DNA from: an uncultured Planctomycetota bacterium
Lineage (GTDB): Bacteria; Planctomycetota; Planctomycetia; Pirellulales; Lacipirellulaceae
Direction of reading: 5' to 3'
DNA: 64,000 nucleotides
Assembly (NCBI GenBank): GCA_963719315.1
Contig: CAVRBU010000002.1
Location: forward strand, 928,001-992,000
The notes beneath the pieces are model-generated. The model saw only the letters and a list, made by a program, of their open reading frames with translations. It ran no database searches and had not been told where the DNA came from. The position numbers and the translations under genes are program-made. Positions within the stretch are counted from its first letter, which is position 1. Each line of letters opens with the position of its first letter. Below, piece by piece: positions 22,330-33,185 of this stretch.

Positions 22330-23970
22330 ATGTCTACAGTCCTGCACCGTGAACCTCAGCCCAAAGTAACCAAGCCGCCGGCGAGCGATGTGCCGCCCGC
22401 CGAACGGGGCGGGTTTTGGCCATGGCTGCGCCGCACGACTCCCACGGCGGCCGTGGTGGCCGTACTCGTGGGGTTGGCCGTGTGGGGCTACCGGACCGAC
22501 TGGGCGCTGCCGAAATTTTCGACGCTGATCGGCGCGGAGCACACGGAGGTTGTCGATTGGTGCGAAGAGCACAACGTGCCGGAGTCGATTTGCGTCGAGT
22601 GCAACAAATCGCTCCTGCCGCCGCAAAAGAATTACGGCTGGTGCGCAGCACACGGCGTGATGCAATGCCCGCTGGAACATCCGGACGTTGCGCAGACCAA
22701 GTCGCCCGTGACCGTTACACCGGCCATGTTGGAACGAGCCCAGCGGGCGCTCGCACTGCGGCCCCGGGCTGAGAACAACAGCCGTTGCAATTTGCACCTC
22801 AAACGGATTCAGTTCGCGTCGAACGAAGCCGTTGAAAAGATTGGAGTCGATATCGCCATTGTGGGTGAGAAGCCGGTCATCGAGGCGGTCGTGGCCAATG
22901 GCGAAATCGTGTACGACGAAACGCGGATGGCCCACCTTTCGAGCCGAGTAGCGGGCACGGTTTGGCGCGTGCAGAAGCAGGTGGGCGATCGCGTGAGAAA
23001 GGACGAAGTGCTGGCCCTCGTCGATGCGGCCGACGTTGGTCACGCGAAGAGTGAGTTTCTGCAAGCTATTTCACAGTTGCGGCTAAAGGAAGCGAACGCC
23101 GAACGGCTGCGGCCGCTGGCGGGCAACGTGATTCCCGGCAAGCTGTTGATCGAAGCGCAAACGGCCGCAGAAGAAGCCCGCATTCAGTTGCATCGCGCAC
23201 AGCAGGCGCTGGCGAACCTCGGTCTGAGAGCCGAGCCCGATGAATATGCGGATTTGAACACCGAAGAAATCGCCAAACGGATCCAGACACTGGGTTTGCC
23301 GACGGATCTGATTTCGGGAAGCGGGGCGACGACGAGCACGTCGAACTTGCTGCCGCTGCGGTCGCCGCTCGATGGCGTGATCGTCAACCGCACCGCCGTC
23401 GAAGGCGAAGTCGTGGCGACCAATACGCCGCTGTTCGACGTGGCCGACACGTCGCGGCTGTGGCTGAATCTCAACGTGCGGCAGGAAGATGCGAAGTACA
23501 TATCGCACGGACAAAGTGTCCTGTTCAGCGAGAGCGAAAACGCGAACGAGCCGAATGACGTGGGTACCGTGAGCTGGATCAGCACTGGCGCCGACGAGGT
23601 TACGCGGACGGTCAAAGTTCGCGTCGATTTGCCGAACGCCGATGGGCGACTGCGAGCCAACATATTCGGCACGGGCCGCATCGTGCTCCGCGACGAGCCG
23701 ACGGCAATCGTCGTGCCCAGCGAGGCCGTTCATTGGGACGGTACGTGCAGCGTGGTATTCGTGCGGGACAAAAACTACTTCCAGCCGGACGCACCGAAAA
23801 TCTTTTACGTTCGCAGCGTGCGAACCGGCGTGAAGGACGGCCCGACGACCGAAATCATCGCCGGGCTGCTGCCCGGAGAAGTGATTGCCAGCAAGAACAG
23901 CGTGATCCTGGAAGCGCAGCTTCTGAAGAGCAATCTGGGTGTAGGTTGCGGATGTTGCGAAGGGAAGTAG
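22330..23970 (+). CDS. CzcB-like RND periplasmic adaptor with Cys/His-rich N-terminal insert
   Basis: TM anchor, GEIVYDE, VGDRVRKDEVLALVD, LRSPLDG, TRTVKVRVDLPN, VPSEAV; WCEEHNVPESICVEC and WCAAH motifs; C-terminal CGCC. Confidence 0.9.
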   Translation: MSTVLHREPQPKVTKPPASDVPPAERGGFWPWLRRTTPTAAVVAVLVGLAVWGYRTDWALPKFSTLIGAEHTEVVDWCEEHNVPESICVECNKSLLPPQKNYGWCAAHGVMQCPLEHPDVAQTKSPVTVTPAMLERAQRALALRPRAENNSRCNLHLKRIQFASNEAVEKIGVDIAIVGEKPVIEAVVANGEIVYDETRMAHLSSRVAGTVWRVQKQVGDRVRKDEVLALVDAADVGHAKSEFLQAISQLRLKEANAERLRPLAGNVIPGKLLIEAQTAAEEARIQLHRAQQALANLGLRAEPDEYADLNTEEIAKRIQTLGLPTDLISGSGATTSTSNLLPLRSPLDGVIVNRTAVEGEVVATNTPLFDVADTSRLWLNLNVRQEDAKYISHGQSVLFSESENANEPNDVGTVSWISTGADEVTRTVKVRVDLPNADGRLRANIFGTGRIVLRDEPTAIVVPSEAVHWDGTCSVVFVRDKNYFQPDAPKIFYVRSVRTGVKDGPTTEIIAGLLPGEVIASKNSVILEAQLLKSNLGVGCGCCEGK

Positions 23971-24051
23971 GTCTTGCTTGCCGAGCGGGACCTCATAGTC
24001 ATTCCATCGACGGACTCGATACCAACGTCCCTTCCGGCAGAAGGGACCTAC
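23967..24051. repeat. GTAG-type REP doublet between czcB and czcA
   Basis: gtaggtcttgc...gggacct and gtcccttc-cggca-gaagggacctac; the GTAG supplies the czcB stop codon. Confidence 0.7.
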
Positions 24052-24062
24052 AGGAACGCGGC

Positions 24063-27000
24063 ATGTTGAACTCGATCATCGACTTTTCACTGCGACACCG
24101 ATTTCTTGTCATCTTGGTCGTCGCCGCTTTGGCGGCGGTAGGTGGAATGTCGCTTCGATACCTCGATATCGATGCTTTTCCCGACACTACGCCCGTGCAA
24201 GTGCAGGTCAATACGGTGGCGCCGTCGCTTGGCCCCGAGGAGGTGGAACAACGGATCACTTTCCCCATTGAACAGGCGATCGGAGGTCTGCCTGGCCTGG
24301 ACAGCATGCGGAGTGTGTCGAAGTTCGGATTTTCCCAAGTCGTCGTCACCTTCGTGGATGGCACTGATATCTACTTCGCACGTCAACTCGTCAACGAACG
24401 TTTGGCTTCCGTCGAACTGGCCGGAGGCATCGAACGACCTAAGCTGGGACCGGTGGCCACAGGCTTGGGCGAAGTGTTTCACTATGTCGTAAGGACCGCG
24501 GGCAACGACGTCACCGAATCGCGCACGATCCACGATTGGGTCATAAAACCAAAAATGCGCACGGTGAAAGGGGCCGCCGAAATCAACAGTTGGGGTGGAT
24601 ATGAAAAACAATACCAAGTGCGAATCGATCCAAACCTATTGATCAAGTTTGGATTGACGTTCGACGAGGTCATCGAGGCCGTGGAGGTGAATAACCGCAA
24701 CGTCGGCGGCGGCAACGTTCGCGAAGGATCACAATCGGTCCTTGTGCAGGGTGTCGGTGCGCACGGTCAAAGCCGATGAGATCAAAGGCATCGTCATTAA
24801 ATCCAAAGATGGCGTGCCCGTTCGCGTTGGCGACGTAGCGGAGGTCACGATCGGTTCTGAAATTCGCCGCGGCGCGGTGACGGCCGACGGTAAGGGTGAA
24901 GTCGTTATGGGCCTGGGCTTCATGCTGATGGGCGAAAACACGCATCAGGTGACCACAGCCATGAAGGAGCGCCTCAACGAGATCAAAGCCACACTGCCGG
25001 CGAACGTCGAGGTTGTTTCCGTCTACGATCGCACGGAGTTGGTCGATCGGGTCATCGACACCGTGAAAAAGAATTTGCTGGAGGGCGGGCTATTCGTGAT
25101 CGCGGTGCTGTTCGCGTTCCTCGGAAACTTGCGGGCGGCCATGATCGTCGCCCTGGCGATCCCGCTTTCAATGCTGTTTGCATTCTCTGGCATGTTTCGA
25201 TTCGGGATCGCTGCCAGCCTGTTGAGCCTGGGGGCGATCGACTTCGGCATGATCGTCGATAGCTCGGTGGTGATGATCGAAAACTGCGTGAGGCACATCG
25301 CGCACGGCGACAATGGGGGGCGCAGCAAGATCGACATCGTCCGCGAGGCGGCCGTTGAAGTTCGAAAGCCGACGATGTTCGGTGAGCTGATCATCATGAT
25401 TGTCTATTTGCCAATCCTGACCCTTGAGGGAACAGAGGGCAAGTTGTTTCGGCCGATGGCCCTGACGGTCATTTTTGCGCTGATCGGTTCGATGTTCCTA
25501 TCCCTGACACTGATGCCCGTGTTGGCCAGCTTCGTCCTGCCCAAACGCATTGAGGAACGCGAACCGGTCCTGATGCGAATCATCAAATTTCTCTATGTAC
25601 CCGCACTGCAGGTCGCGATGCGGCACAAAAACGTGGTCATCGGTTTCGCCGCAGCGCTGATGTTCGTGGCGTTCGCGATCATCGCCCCCAATCTCGGCAC
25701 CGAGTTCGTGCCGCGGTTGTCCGAGGGCGCGATCGCCATTAGCGTCGTCCGGCTTACCGGGACCGATTTGGAGAACTCGATCAAATACAACACGCTCATG
25801 GAAAAAGCGATCATCGCCGAATTCCCGGATGAAGTGCAGCACGTTTGGAGCCGCATCGGCACCGCGGAAATCTCCACTGATCCGATGGGGATTGAACTGA
25901 CCGACATGTTCATTACGCTCAAGCCGCGTGAACAATGGAAGCATGCACACACGCAAGCAGACCTAACGGAGTTGATCGAAAAGCATCTTCGCGACATGCC
26001 TGGCCAAAGGCTGGAATTCTTGCAGCCGATAGAGATGCGGATGAATGAAATGGTAACGGGTAGCCGCGGTGATCTTGCCGTGAAGTTGTACGGCGATGAC
26101 CTGGACCAACTTGTAGCGAAGGGGAAAGAAATCGAAGCGATCCTCAGTCAAATTCCCGGTAGCGCGGACGTACGCAGTGAGCAACTCACTGGCCAACCCG
26201 TGCTGCAGATCAAGCTCAACCAGGAGCAGTTAGCTCGCCACGGAGTGTCGGCAAAAGTCGTCACCGACATCATCGAGTCGATTGGCAGTAAGCCGTTGGG
26301 CGAGGTGTTCGAGGGTCAGTTGCGATTTCCACTTGTGGCGCGGTTGCCGGAATCGATGCGCGAAGGGACGACCGGAATCGGTTCGATTCTGATTTCCACC
26401 GCTTCGGGCGAGCGGCTGCCCCTTTCGCATTTGGCGGATATTCGCATCGTCGAGGGGCCGTCGACGATTACTCGCGATTGGGGCCAACGGCGGATCACGG
26501 TCTCCGCCAACGTCCGCGGGCGCGACATCGGCAGCTTCGTGGCAGAGGCCCAAAAGCGAATTCGGGAACAACTCCAACTGCCTCCTGGTAGATACTTTGT
26601 GGAGTTTGGCGGGCAATATGAGCATCTCCAACGGGCGAAAACGCGGCTGTTGATCGTCGTTCCACTCGCGTTGGTTCTGATTATCGGGCTGCTTTACATG
26701 ACGTATCAAAACTGGGTCGATGTGATCCGCGTTTTTAGCGGCGTGCCGTTCGGCTGGGTGGGCGGCATCTTCGCGCTCTGGCTGCGCGGCATGCCGTTCT
26801 CGATCTCGGCGGCGATCGGCTTTATCGCGCTTTCCGGCGTGGCCGTCCTCGATGCGATGATCCTGGTGAGCTACATCCGGCAATTGCGCCAACAGGGTTA
26901 CGTCTTGGAACGCGCCGTCCGAGATGCGGCCGTCACGCGACTTCGTCCCGTGTTGATGACGACGCTTGTGGCGAGCCTCGGCTTCCTGCCGATGGCGTTT

Positions 27001-27192
27001 AGCACTGGCATGGGCGCCGAAGTTCAACGGCCGTTAGCGACGGTCGTAATCGGCGGCGTCATTAGTTCGATGATCATGTCGTTGCTCGTGCTGCGCGTGT
27101 TGTACCTATTATTCGATTCGCCAGTGAAACTTCAGTTGGCGAATGTTGAGTTCGAGGAACCGCAGCAGTTGGTTGAAGTGGGTGCTTTTTAG
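24063..27192 (+). CDS. czcA: CusA/CzcA heavy-metal RND permease (CzcA-type), frameshift near 24760
   Basis: IDAFPDTTPVQVQVNT, GLGEVFHY, LSLGAIDFGMIVDSSVVMIEN, RLRPVLMT, GAEVQRPLATVVIGG. Confidence 0.9.
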
Positions 27193-27198
27193 GTCTTG

Positions 27199-27275
27199 AC
27201 CGCCAATTACCGCTAACCATCGCTAATGAAACTCAATTTCGAATAATTGGCGATCATTAGCGGCAACTAGCGGTT
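27199..27275. repeat. Decamer tandem-repeat palindrome downstream of czcA
   Basis: accgccaatt accgctaacc atcgctaatg ... attggcgatc attagcggca actagcggtt. Confidence 0.7.
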
Positions 27276-27300
27276 CAAAAAGTTTGAAAGGAGAAGAGAA

Positions 27301-27690
27301 ATGTCGTTACGCAATTTGTTCGTGGTTGCGGCGTTCGCCATAGTTGGCCTATCGATGACTGCTTGCAGCAAGTCCACCGGCAAGGCCTCCACCGCCTCTG
27401 ACGCGCAGGTCGCGGATGCAGGGCACAGCCACGAAGGCTGGTGGTGCAACGAGCATGGCGTGCCGGAAGAAGTGTGCGCCCAGTGCGATGCGAAGCTAGT
27501 GGCCGATTTCAAGGCCAAGGGCGATTGGTGCGAAAAGCACAATCGGCCCGACTCCCAATGCTTTATCTGCCATCCGGAGAAGGAAGCCGAATTCGCCGCC
27601 CAGTACGAAGCCAAGTACGGCAAACAGCCGCCGAAGCCAACTGCCGACGGCGACGAGGATGAGCACGCCGACGAAGGCAAGTCGTCTTAA
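27301..27690 (+). CDS. Small lipoprotein with two WCxxHxxPxxxCxxC motifs
   Basis: Lipobox MTAC; WWCNEHGVPEEVCAQC and WCEKHNRPDSQCFICH; AGGAG RBS. Confidence 0.85.
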   Translation: MSLRNLFVVAAFAIVGLSMTACSKSTGKASTASDAQVADAGHSHEGWWCNEHGVPEEVCAQCDAKLVADFKAKGDWCEKHNRPDSQCFICHPEKEAEFAAQYEAKYGKQPPKPTADGDEDEHADEGKSS

Positions 27691-27742
27691 CGCGAACGTG
27701 CGTTGATCCAATTCGTTGTTCTCTCAGAACAAGGAGGTTCCC

Positions 27743-28511
27743 ATGAGAGTTTCAATTGTTACGGCGATTATCGTCGCCTCGTTCAGCATGGGCAGCGCGG
27801 CACTTCGAGTCGCCGCGCAAAGCCCGGAAGGCGTTCGCATTGCAACCGCGAACCCTGCCATCGACAAAGCGCCCAAGTTCAAGTTCATCCTGTTTTGGAA
27901 AGAGGATAATGCCGCCACGCGAGGGATGGCCTCGGTTCTTGAGAACGTCCGTGACCAAGCGGTCGCAGCGGGCCGAGTGGACATCGGTAAACATCAACGA
28001 CAACGCCAATCGCGCGGTGGTCGAGCAATATCACGTGGAACGCGGGCCGATGCCGATGGTGTTGTGCGTGGCCCCCAATGGTGCAGTTACGGGAGGAATG
28101 GCCCGGCAGATCACCGATGAAGCCATCGAACATCTCTTGGTGACCCCGGCGATGGCCGAAGTAACGAAGGCGCTGCAGGATAAGAAGATTGTTGTAATTC
28201 ATGTCCAACAGAACGCGCGGCAGCCCTTGCCGGCCGGTGCGGCCGAATTCCTGGCCGATCCAGCGTTTAACGCGCGATCGAACACGGTAATCTTGCTGCT
28301 TGGCGATAAAGCCGAAAGCCGCTTCATCTCCGAAATGGAAATCAAGGCGGGCGACGTCCCCGATTCAATGGTCGTCGTATTGGCGCCACCTGGCGTGCTC
28401 GTGGGCAAGTTCCCGGCCAAAGCGACGGGAGCCCAGATTGCCGCGGCCCTGCATGCCGCCGGTAAATGCTGCGATGACCCGAATTGCAAACACAATCAGA
28501 AGAGGCAATAA
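27743..28511 (+). CDS. Secreted hypothetical (thioredoxin-like fold possible) ending in CCDDPNCKH, frameshift near 27940
   Basis: AAGGAGG RBS, signal peptide, PMPMVLCVAPNGAVTG, VVLAPPGVLVGKF. Confidence 0.7.
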
Positions 28512-28514
28512 GAC

Positions 28515-29741
28515 ATGACGCCAAATAAACTCATTTGGAAGGAGCTGTGGCAGCGACCGACCGCGATGGCCACGTGCCTGCTGGCGATCGTGCTGGGCGT
28601 TACCGCGCTGGTGGCAATTCGCAGCGTCACGGTCTTTTCCGATCGGGCGATCGCCAAACAGATGTCGGAGCTGGGCGCCAATGTGCTGCTGTTGCCCAAG
28701 AATGCCAGTTTGCAGGACTATTACGCCGCCGACACTAACGGCAACACGTTGCCAGAAGAGTACGGCACGCTCCTGTTGCTCGCTGATCTGCCCGGCATTG
28801 AACACATTGCGCCCAAGCTCAGTGTGAAAGCCGAACTCGACGGCAAAAACATCACTTTGACCGGAATCCTGCCGCAGAGCGAGTTTGACGCCCAGGCCAC
28901 GTGGAATGGCGTGCAGGCATTCAAGAAATCGTGCGGCAGCAGCGCGTGCAAGAAACGCGCCGTCGTCGATGCGGCCAATCGATCCGCGCCAGAGAGCCTG
29001 GCGAAGGGGCGGTTTGTCGGCGACATTGCCAAAGACGAAGTGATTGTCGGCGCCGAAGCTGCTCACACGCTTGGCATTACACCCGGCAAACGCATTGATT
29101 TGCTTGGGAAGTCATTCCAAGTCGCAGGTGTGATGCCTGCGACCGGCACGGTGGACGACAGCCGCGTTTTTGCTCATCTGCATACGGTCCAACGGCTCGC
29201 TAAAGCGGGCGAAACCGTAAACGTCATCGAGATCATGGCGTGCTGCGAAGACGCCGCGGGCGGGCTCGTCGGGCAGCTACGTGAGTTGTTTCCCGAAGCC
29301 AAGGTCTTGACGATTACCCAAGTCGTTGACACGCAAGTCGCCGTTAACGGGTTGATGACTCGACTCTCGTATTTATTCTTCGCGATTTTGCTAGTTGTCG
29401 GTGTGGCAAGCATTGCTGGCACGATGTTCGCGAACGTTGCCGAGCGACGACGAGAAATTGGTACGTTGATGGCGCTCGGTGCGACACCCTCGCTGATTGC
29501 GCGGTTGTTTCTCGGTAAAGCGCTGCTGATCGGTTTAGCGGGCGGGGCGATCGGCTACGTGTGCGGCACGGGGCTCGCGGTTGGCCTAGGTCCGAATTGG
29601 GCCGGTGTCGCAGTGCAGCCCGTGCCGTCGCTGGCGGCCATCGCCGTGCTGCTTGCCGCCACAGTCGCGCTCGTTTCCAGCTACTTGCCGGCCCGGCGAG
29701 CGGCGCTGATCGATCCCTGTCTTTGTTTCCGAGAGGTATGA
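28515..29741 (+). CDS. FtsX/MacB-like ABC transporter permease
   Basis: ELGANVLLLP, NVAERRREIGTLMALGA, SYLPARRAA; extra CGSSAC, CCE and PCLC. Confidence 0.9.
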   Translation: MTPNKLIWKELWQRPTAMATCLLAIVLGVTALVAIRSVTVFSDRAIAKQMSELGANVLLLPKNASLQDYYAADTNGNTLPEEYGTLLLLADLPGIEHIAPKLSVKAELDGKNITLTGILPQSEFDAQATWNGVQAFKKSCGSSACKKRAVVDAANRSAPESLAKGRFVGDIAKDEVIVGAEAAHTLGITPGKRIDLLGKSFQVAGVMPATGTVDDSRVFAHLHTVQRLAKAGETVNVIEIMACCEDAAGGLVGQLRELFPEAKVLTITQVVDTQVAVNGLMTRLSYLFFAILLVVGVASIAGTMFANVAERRREIGTLMALGATPSLIARLFLGKALLIGLAGGAIGYVCGTGLAVGLGPNWAGVAVQPVPSLAAIAVLLAATVALVSSYLPARRAALIDPCLCFREV

Positions 29742-29744
29742 TCC

Positions 29745-30436
29745 ATGATTCGATTGCAGGATGCTTCCAAACGCTATCGCCACAAGGAAGGCGAGGTCGT
29801 CGCGCTTCAGGCCACTACGCTCGAACTTCGGCCTGGCGAATTTGTGGCCGTGATTGGGCCCAGCGGCAGCGGCAAAACTACCTTGTTATCCATGCTGGGC
29901 GGAATGTTGGCCCCTTCGAACGGCAAAGTCTGGCTGAATGACCAGTCGCTGTACGATGCCACCGTCTCGCAACGTGGCGCATGCGCCAACAAAAGCTTGG
30001 TTTCGTGTTTCAGACCTTCAATCTGATTCCATACCTTTCGGCCCTCGAAAACGTTCAAGTGCCGCTGATGCTCGATGGAAGTTGCTCCGCCGAGCAACAA
30101 AAGAGGCTCATGGACTTGCTAACGAGAGTCGGCCTGGAGTTTCGGGTTCATCACAAGCCGAGTGAGTTGAGCATCGGACAGCAACAGCGAGTGGCCCTGG
30201 CGCGCACGTTGGCCAACGATCCGGCCGTGATCCTTGCCGATGAGCCAACGGGCAATCTTGACCCTGAAACTCGGGAGCAAGTTTTGCAATTCCTGGAAGA
30301 GCTTCGCCACGAAGGGCGTACCGTCGTCGTCGTGACGCACGACCCCGCAGCGGCATCACGCGCCACACGGGTTATCAAGCTGCGCGACGGCGCGGTTGTG
30401 TCTGATTCGGCACCGCGATTATCACAAGTTGCATAG
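29745..30436 (+). CDS. LolD-like ABC ATPase, frameshift near 29977
   Basis: [42 protein letters not shown]. Confidence 0.92.
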
Positions 30437-30443
30437 TAGTTTT

Positions 30444-30516
30444 GTTGGGTGTGTCGATTCTTCGAGACACACCATCTGCCGTCTGCGGTATGTCTCGCGG
30501 ATTCGACACACCCTAC
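30444..30516. repeat. GTAG-type REP doublet
   Basis: 30-bp imperfect inverted arms gttgggtgtgtcgattc... / ...gattcgacacaccctac. Confidence 0.7.
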
Positions 30517-30615
30517 GGCTACGGCATCGGGCCTTGTGGACAACGCGGCGGTCGGAGCGCACAATTCAATTGTCGCTTCGATCTGACCGCGTTTTCTTTT
30601 GCCGCCGATTGATTC

Positions 30616-32871
30616 ATGCGTCGTTTGGCCTCCCGCTTGACTTTCTCCTGGATTGTGGCCATCGGCGCGCTCTGTGCGACCGCGGTGTTGGCCTGGGGCT
30701 GGATTGACGCATTGCCGGCCGACGTTGCGGCGAATCCCACCTATGTGGGCCGCGAGAAGTGCGCCAAATGTCACGAGGCCCAATACCACTCGTGGCTTGG
30801 CTCCGACCACGATCGGGCGATGGACTTGGCAACCGACAAAACCGTGCTGGCCGACTTCAACGATACGAAATTCGAGTACCAGGGCGTGACGACGCGGTTC
30901 TTCCGCGACGGTCAAAAATTTATGGTGAACACCGAGGGGCCCGACGGTAAACATCACGATTACGAAGTGAAATACACGTTCGGCGTCCGGCCGTTGCAGC
31001 AGTATATGATCGAGTTCCCGGACGGCCGCGTGCAGGTGCTCCGCGAATCGTGGGACGTGAAGAACAAGAAGTGGTTCTTCCTCACACCGCCGGATGTGCT
31101 GAACGAGCGGATCCTGCCGGGCGACCCGCTGCATTGGACGGGCATCGCCCAAAATTGGAATACGACGTGCGCCGACTGCCATTCGACGAACATTTACAAA
31201 AACTACGATCCCCAGAAAAACACGTATCACACCACGTGGCAGGAGATCAATGTGAGCTGCGAGGAGTGCCACGGCCCGGGGAGCGTGCATGTGGCGCTTG
31301 CGCAAAAGTGGTCGCCGTTTTGGGATCGCAACATCGGCTATGGCCTGCCGCACCTCAAGGACAAGAATCTCAACGTGCAGCTTGAAACGTGCGCGAAGTG
31401 TCACGCGCGGCGATACCAAGTGCACGAGGACTTCCGGCCCGGGCGCCCGCTCTTCGATTACTACGAGCCGGTCGTGCTCTCCCGCGATTTGTACCAACCC
31501 GACGGGCAGATTCTCGACGAGGTGTACGAGTACGATTCGTTTCTGCAGAGCAAAATGCACGCGAATCATGTGCAGTGCACGAATTGCCACGACCCCCATT
31601 CGCTGAAGCCGAAGTTCGAAGGTAACCGGCTGTGCGCACAGTGCCACGACGCGGCAAAGTTTGATACGTCCGCTCACCACCATCATGCAGAAGGTTCGAC
31701 AGGGGCGCAGTGCATCAATTGCCACATGGCGACGCGAATGTATATGGTCATCGACGAGCGGCGCGATCACAGCTTCCGCGTTCCGCGGCCAGACCTGTCG
31801 GTCGCGCTCGGCACATCAAACGCCTGCAACAATTGCCACACCAAGCCGAATGAAACGTTTCAATGGGCGGCAGACGCGATCACAAAATGGTACGGCCCGC
31901 GAAAACCGAACGAGCCGCCGCATTGGGCAGCGGCCATCAAGGCGGGTCGGGCGGCGGAACCCGAAGGTGAAAAGCTGCTGCTGGACTTGCTCGCGCACAA
32001 CACTACGCCGCCCATCGTGCGGGCGACCGCCATCGATCTCTTAGGTAACTACCCATCCAGCGCCAGTGCTACGGCCCGACGCGAAGCCCTGCACAACAGC
32101 GACCCGCAGATCCGCTTGGCCGCCATTCGAGTGGTGCCCGGCGACAACCTGGAACTAATGATATCCGATCTGGCGAGCCTGCTGACCGATCCGTTACGGG
32201 CAATCCGCATTTCGGCAGCCGCCCAACTCGCACATTTGCCGATCGCCAAGTTGACAGATCACCAGAGGCAGGCCTTCGAAAAGGCGATGGTCGAGTTTCG
32301 CGACAGCGAGGAGTTGCAACTCGATCATGCCGGCGCGCATCTGTCACTGGCATCGCACGATCGGCAGCATGGCCGCGTCGAACAGGCGATCGAGCACCTG
32401 ACGACAGCAATCAAATTGGAGCCGTATCTCACTGGACCACGTGCGGAACTGGCATCGTTAATGCAAGAACACGGCGGTAATGAAGCTGAAATCCGCCGAC
32501 TCCGCAAAGAGGAAGCCGACCTGATGGAACGCGATACGAAGCTTGCGCCAGAAAACGCGGACATCTTTTATAGGCTCGGCCTGCTGCGGTACACGCTTGG
32601 CGAGTACGACAAGGCCGATGCGGCCTTTCGGGACGCGTGCGAAAAGGCGCCGCGAGACTACGACTACAGAATGGCGCTCGCGCTGCTCGAGGAAAAGCGT
32701 TACGAGGAAACGGGCGACGAAAGGCAATTCAATGCGGCCATCCAGTCGCTGGCGGCGCTCCGCGAATTGAACCGAGACGACCCGCGTGCAGGGCAGATTC
32801 TTATGCGGCTCCAGGAAACTCGTAAGCAAAGAGAGCCGGCGAGCGGGCCGCCGGTGCCGGGATCAAAATGA
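30616..32871 (+). CDS. Multiheme (8 CxxCH) cytochrome c with HEAT and TPR repeats
   Basis: CAKCH, CADCH, CEECH, CAKCH, CTNCH, CAQCH, CINCH, CNNCH; RRDHSFRVPRPD; helical repeats at the C-terminus. Confidence 0.9.
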   Translation: MRRLASRLTFSWIVAIGALCATAVLAWGWIDALPADVAANPTYVGREKCAKCHEAQYHSWLGSDHDRAMDLATDKTVLADFNDTKFEYQGVTTRFFRDGQKFMVNTEGPDGKHHDYEVKYTFGVRPLQQYMIEFPDGRVQVLRESWDVKNKKWFFLTPPDVLNERILPGDPLHWTGIAQNWNTTCADCHSTNIYKNYDPQKNTYHTTWQEINVSCEECHGPGSVHVALAQKWSPFWDRNIGYGLPHLKDKNLNVQLETCAKCHARRYQVHEDFRPGRPLFDYYEPVVLSRDLYQPDGQILDEVYEYDSFLQSKMHANHVQCTNCHDPHSLKPKFEGNRLCAQCHDAAKFDTSAHHHHAEGSTGAQCINCHMATRMYMVIDERRDHSFRVPRPDLSVALGTSNACNNCHTKPNETFQWAADAITKWYGPRKPNEPPHWAAAIKAGRAAEPEGEKLLLDLLAHNTTPPIVRATAIDLLGNYPSSASATARREALHNSDPQIRLAAIRVVPGDNLELMISDLASLLTDPLRAIRISAAAQLAHLPIAKLTDHQRQAFEKAMVEFRDSEELQLDHAGAHLSLASHDRQHGRVEQAIEHLTTAIKLEPYLTGPRAELASLMQEHGGNEAEIRRLRKEEADLMERDTKLAPENADIFYRLGLLRYTLGEYDKADAAFRDACEKAPRDYDYRMALALLEEKRYEETGDERQFNAAIQSLAALRELNRDDPRAGQILMRLQETRKQREPASGPPVPGSK

Positions 32872-33115
32872 GGACGTAGATCGTTTTCCGAAATCCCAGC
32901 ATGATTTAATCTGTTCGCCCGAGGATGGCTCTTCCTGGTGGACTGCGCTGCCCGAATGATTGAATACTGTTGGCATCCGTGTGAGGAAACAAAGACACGG
33001 CTGATGCTGCTCCCGCTGTCAATGCCACCACCGCCAGCGTTCGGTTTGCGGGTTGGCCGACGGCGTTTGAAGGTGGCCCAGGCGCGAGGTCGATATGCGC
33101 GATAGACCCTTGTGC

Positions 33116-33185
33116 GCACGAAGGAACGTGCCGGCGGCGTTGGCCCGCCTTCGCCCCTACCCGCCTCGACCGGAAAGGATTCCGG
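33116..33185 (+). promoter_or_regulatory. Two GGA-loop hairpins (CsrA-type sites), the second covering the RBS
   Basis: gcacg-AAGGAA-cgtgc (33116-33131) and ccggaa-AGGA-ttccgg (33170-33185) immediately before ATG 33186. Confidence 0.6.

Noticed and set aside
30151..31770. Long antisense ORFs (539 aa here; also 60404-61633, 62175-63275, 42569-43561)
   Set aside because: They are shadows of well-supported genes on the opposite strand, expected in high-GC DNA.
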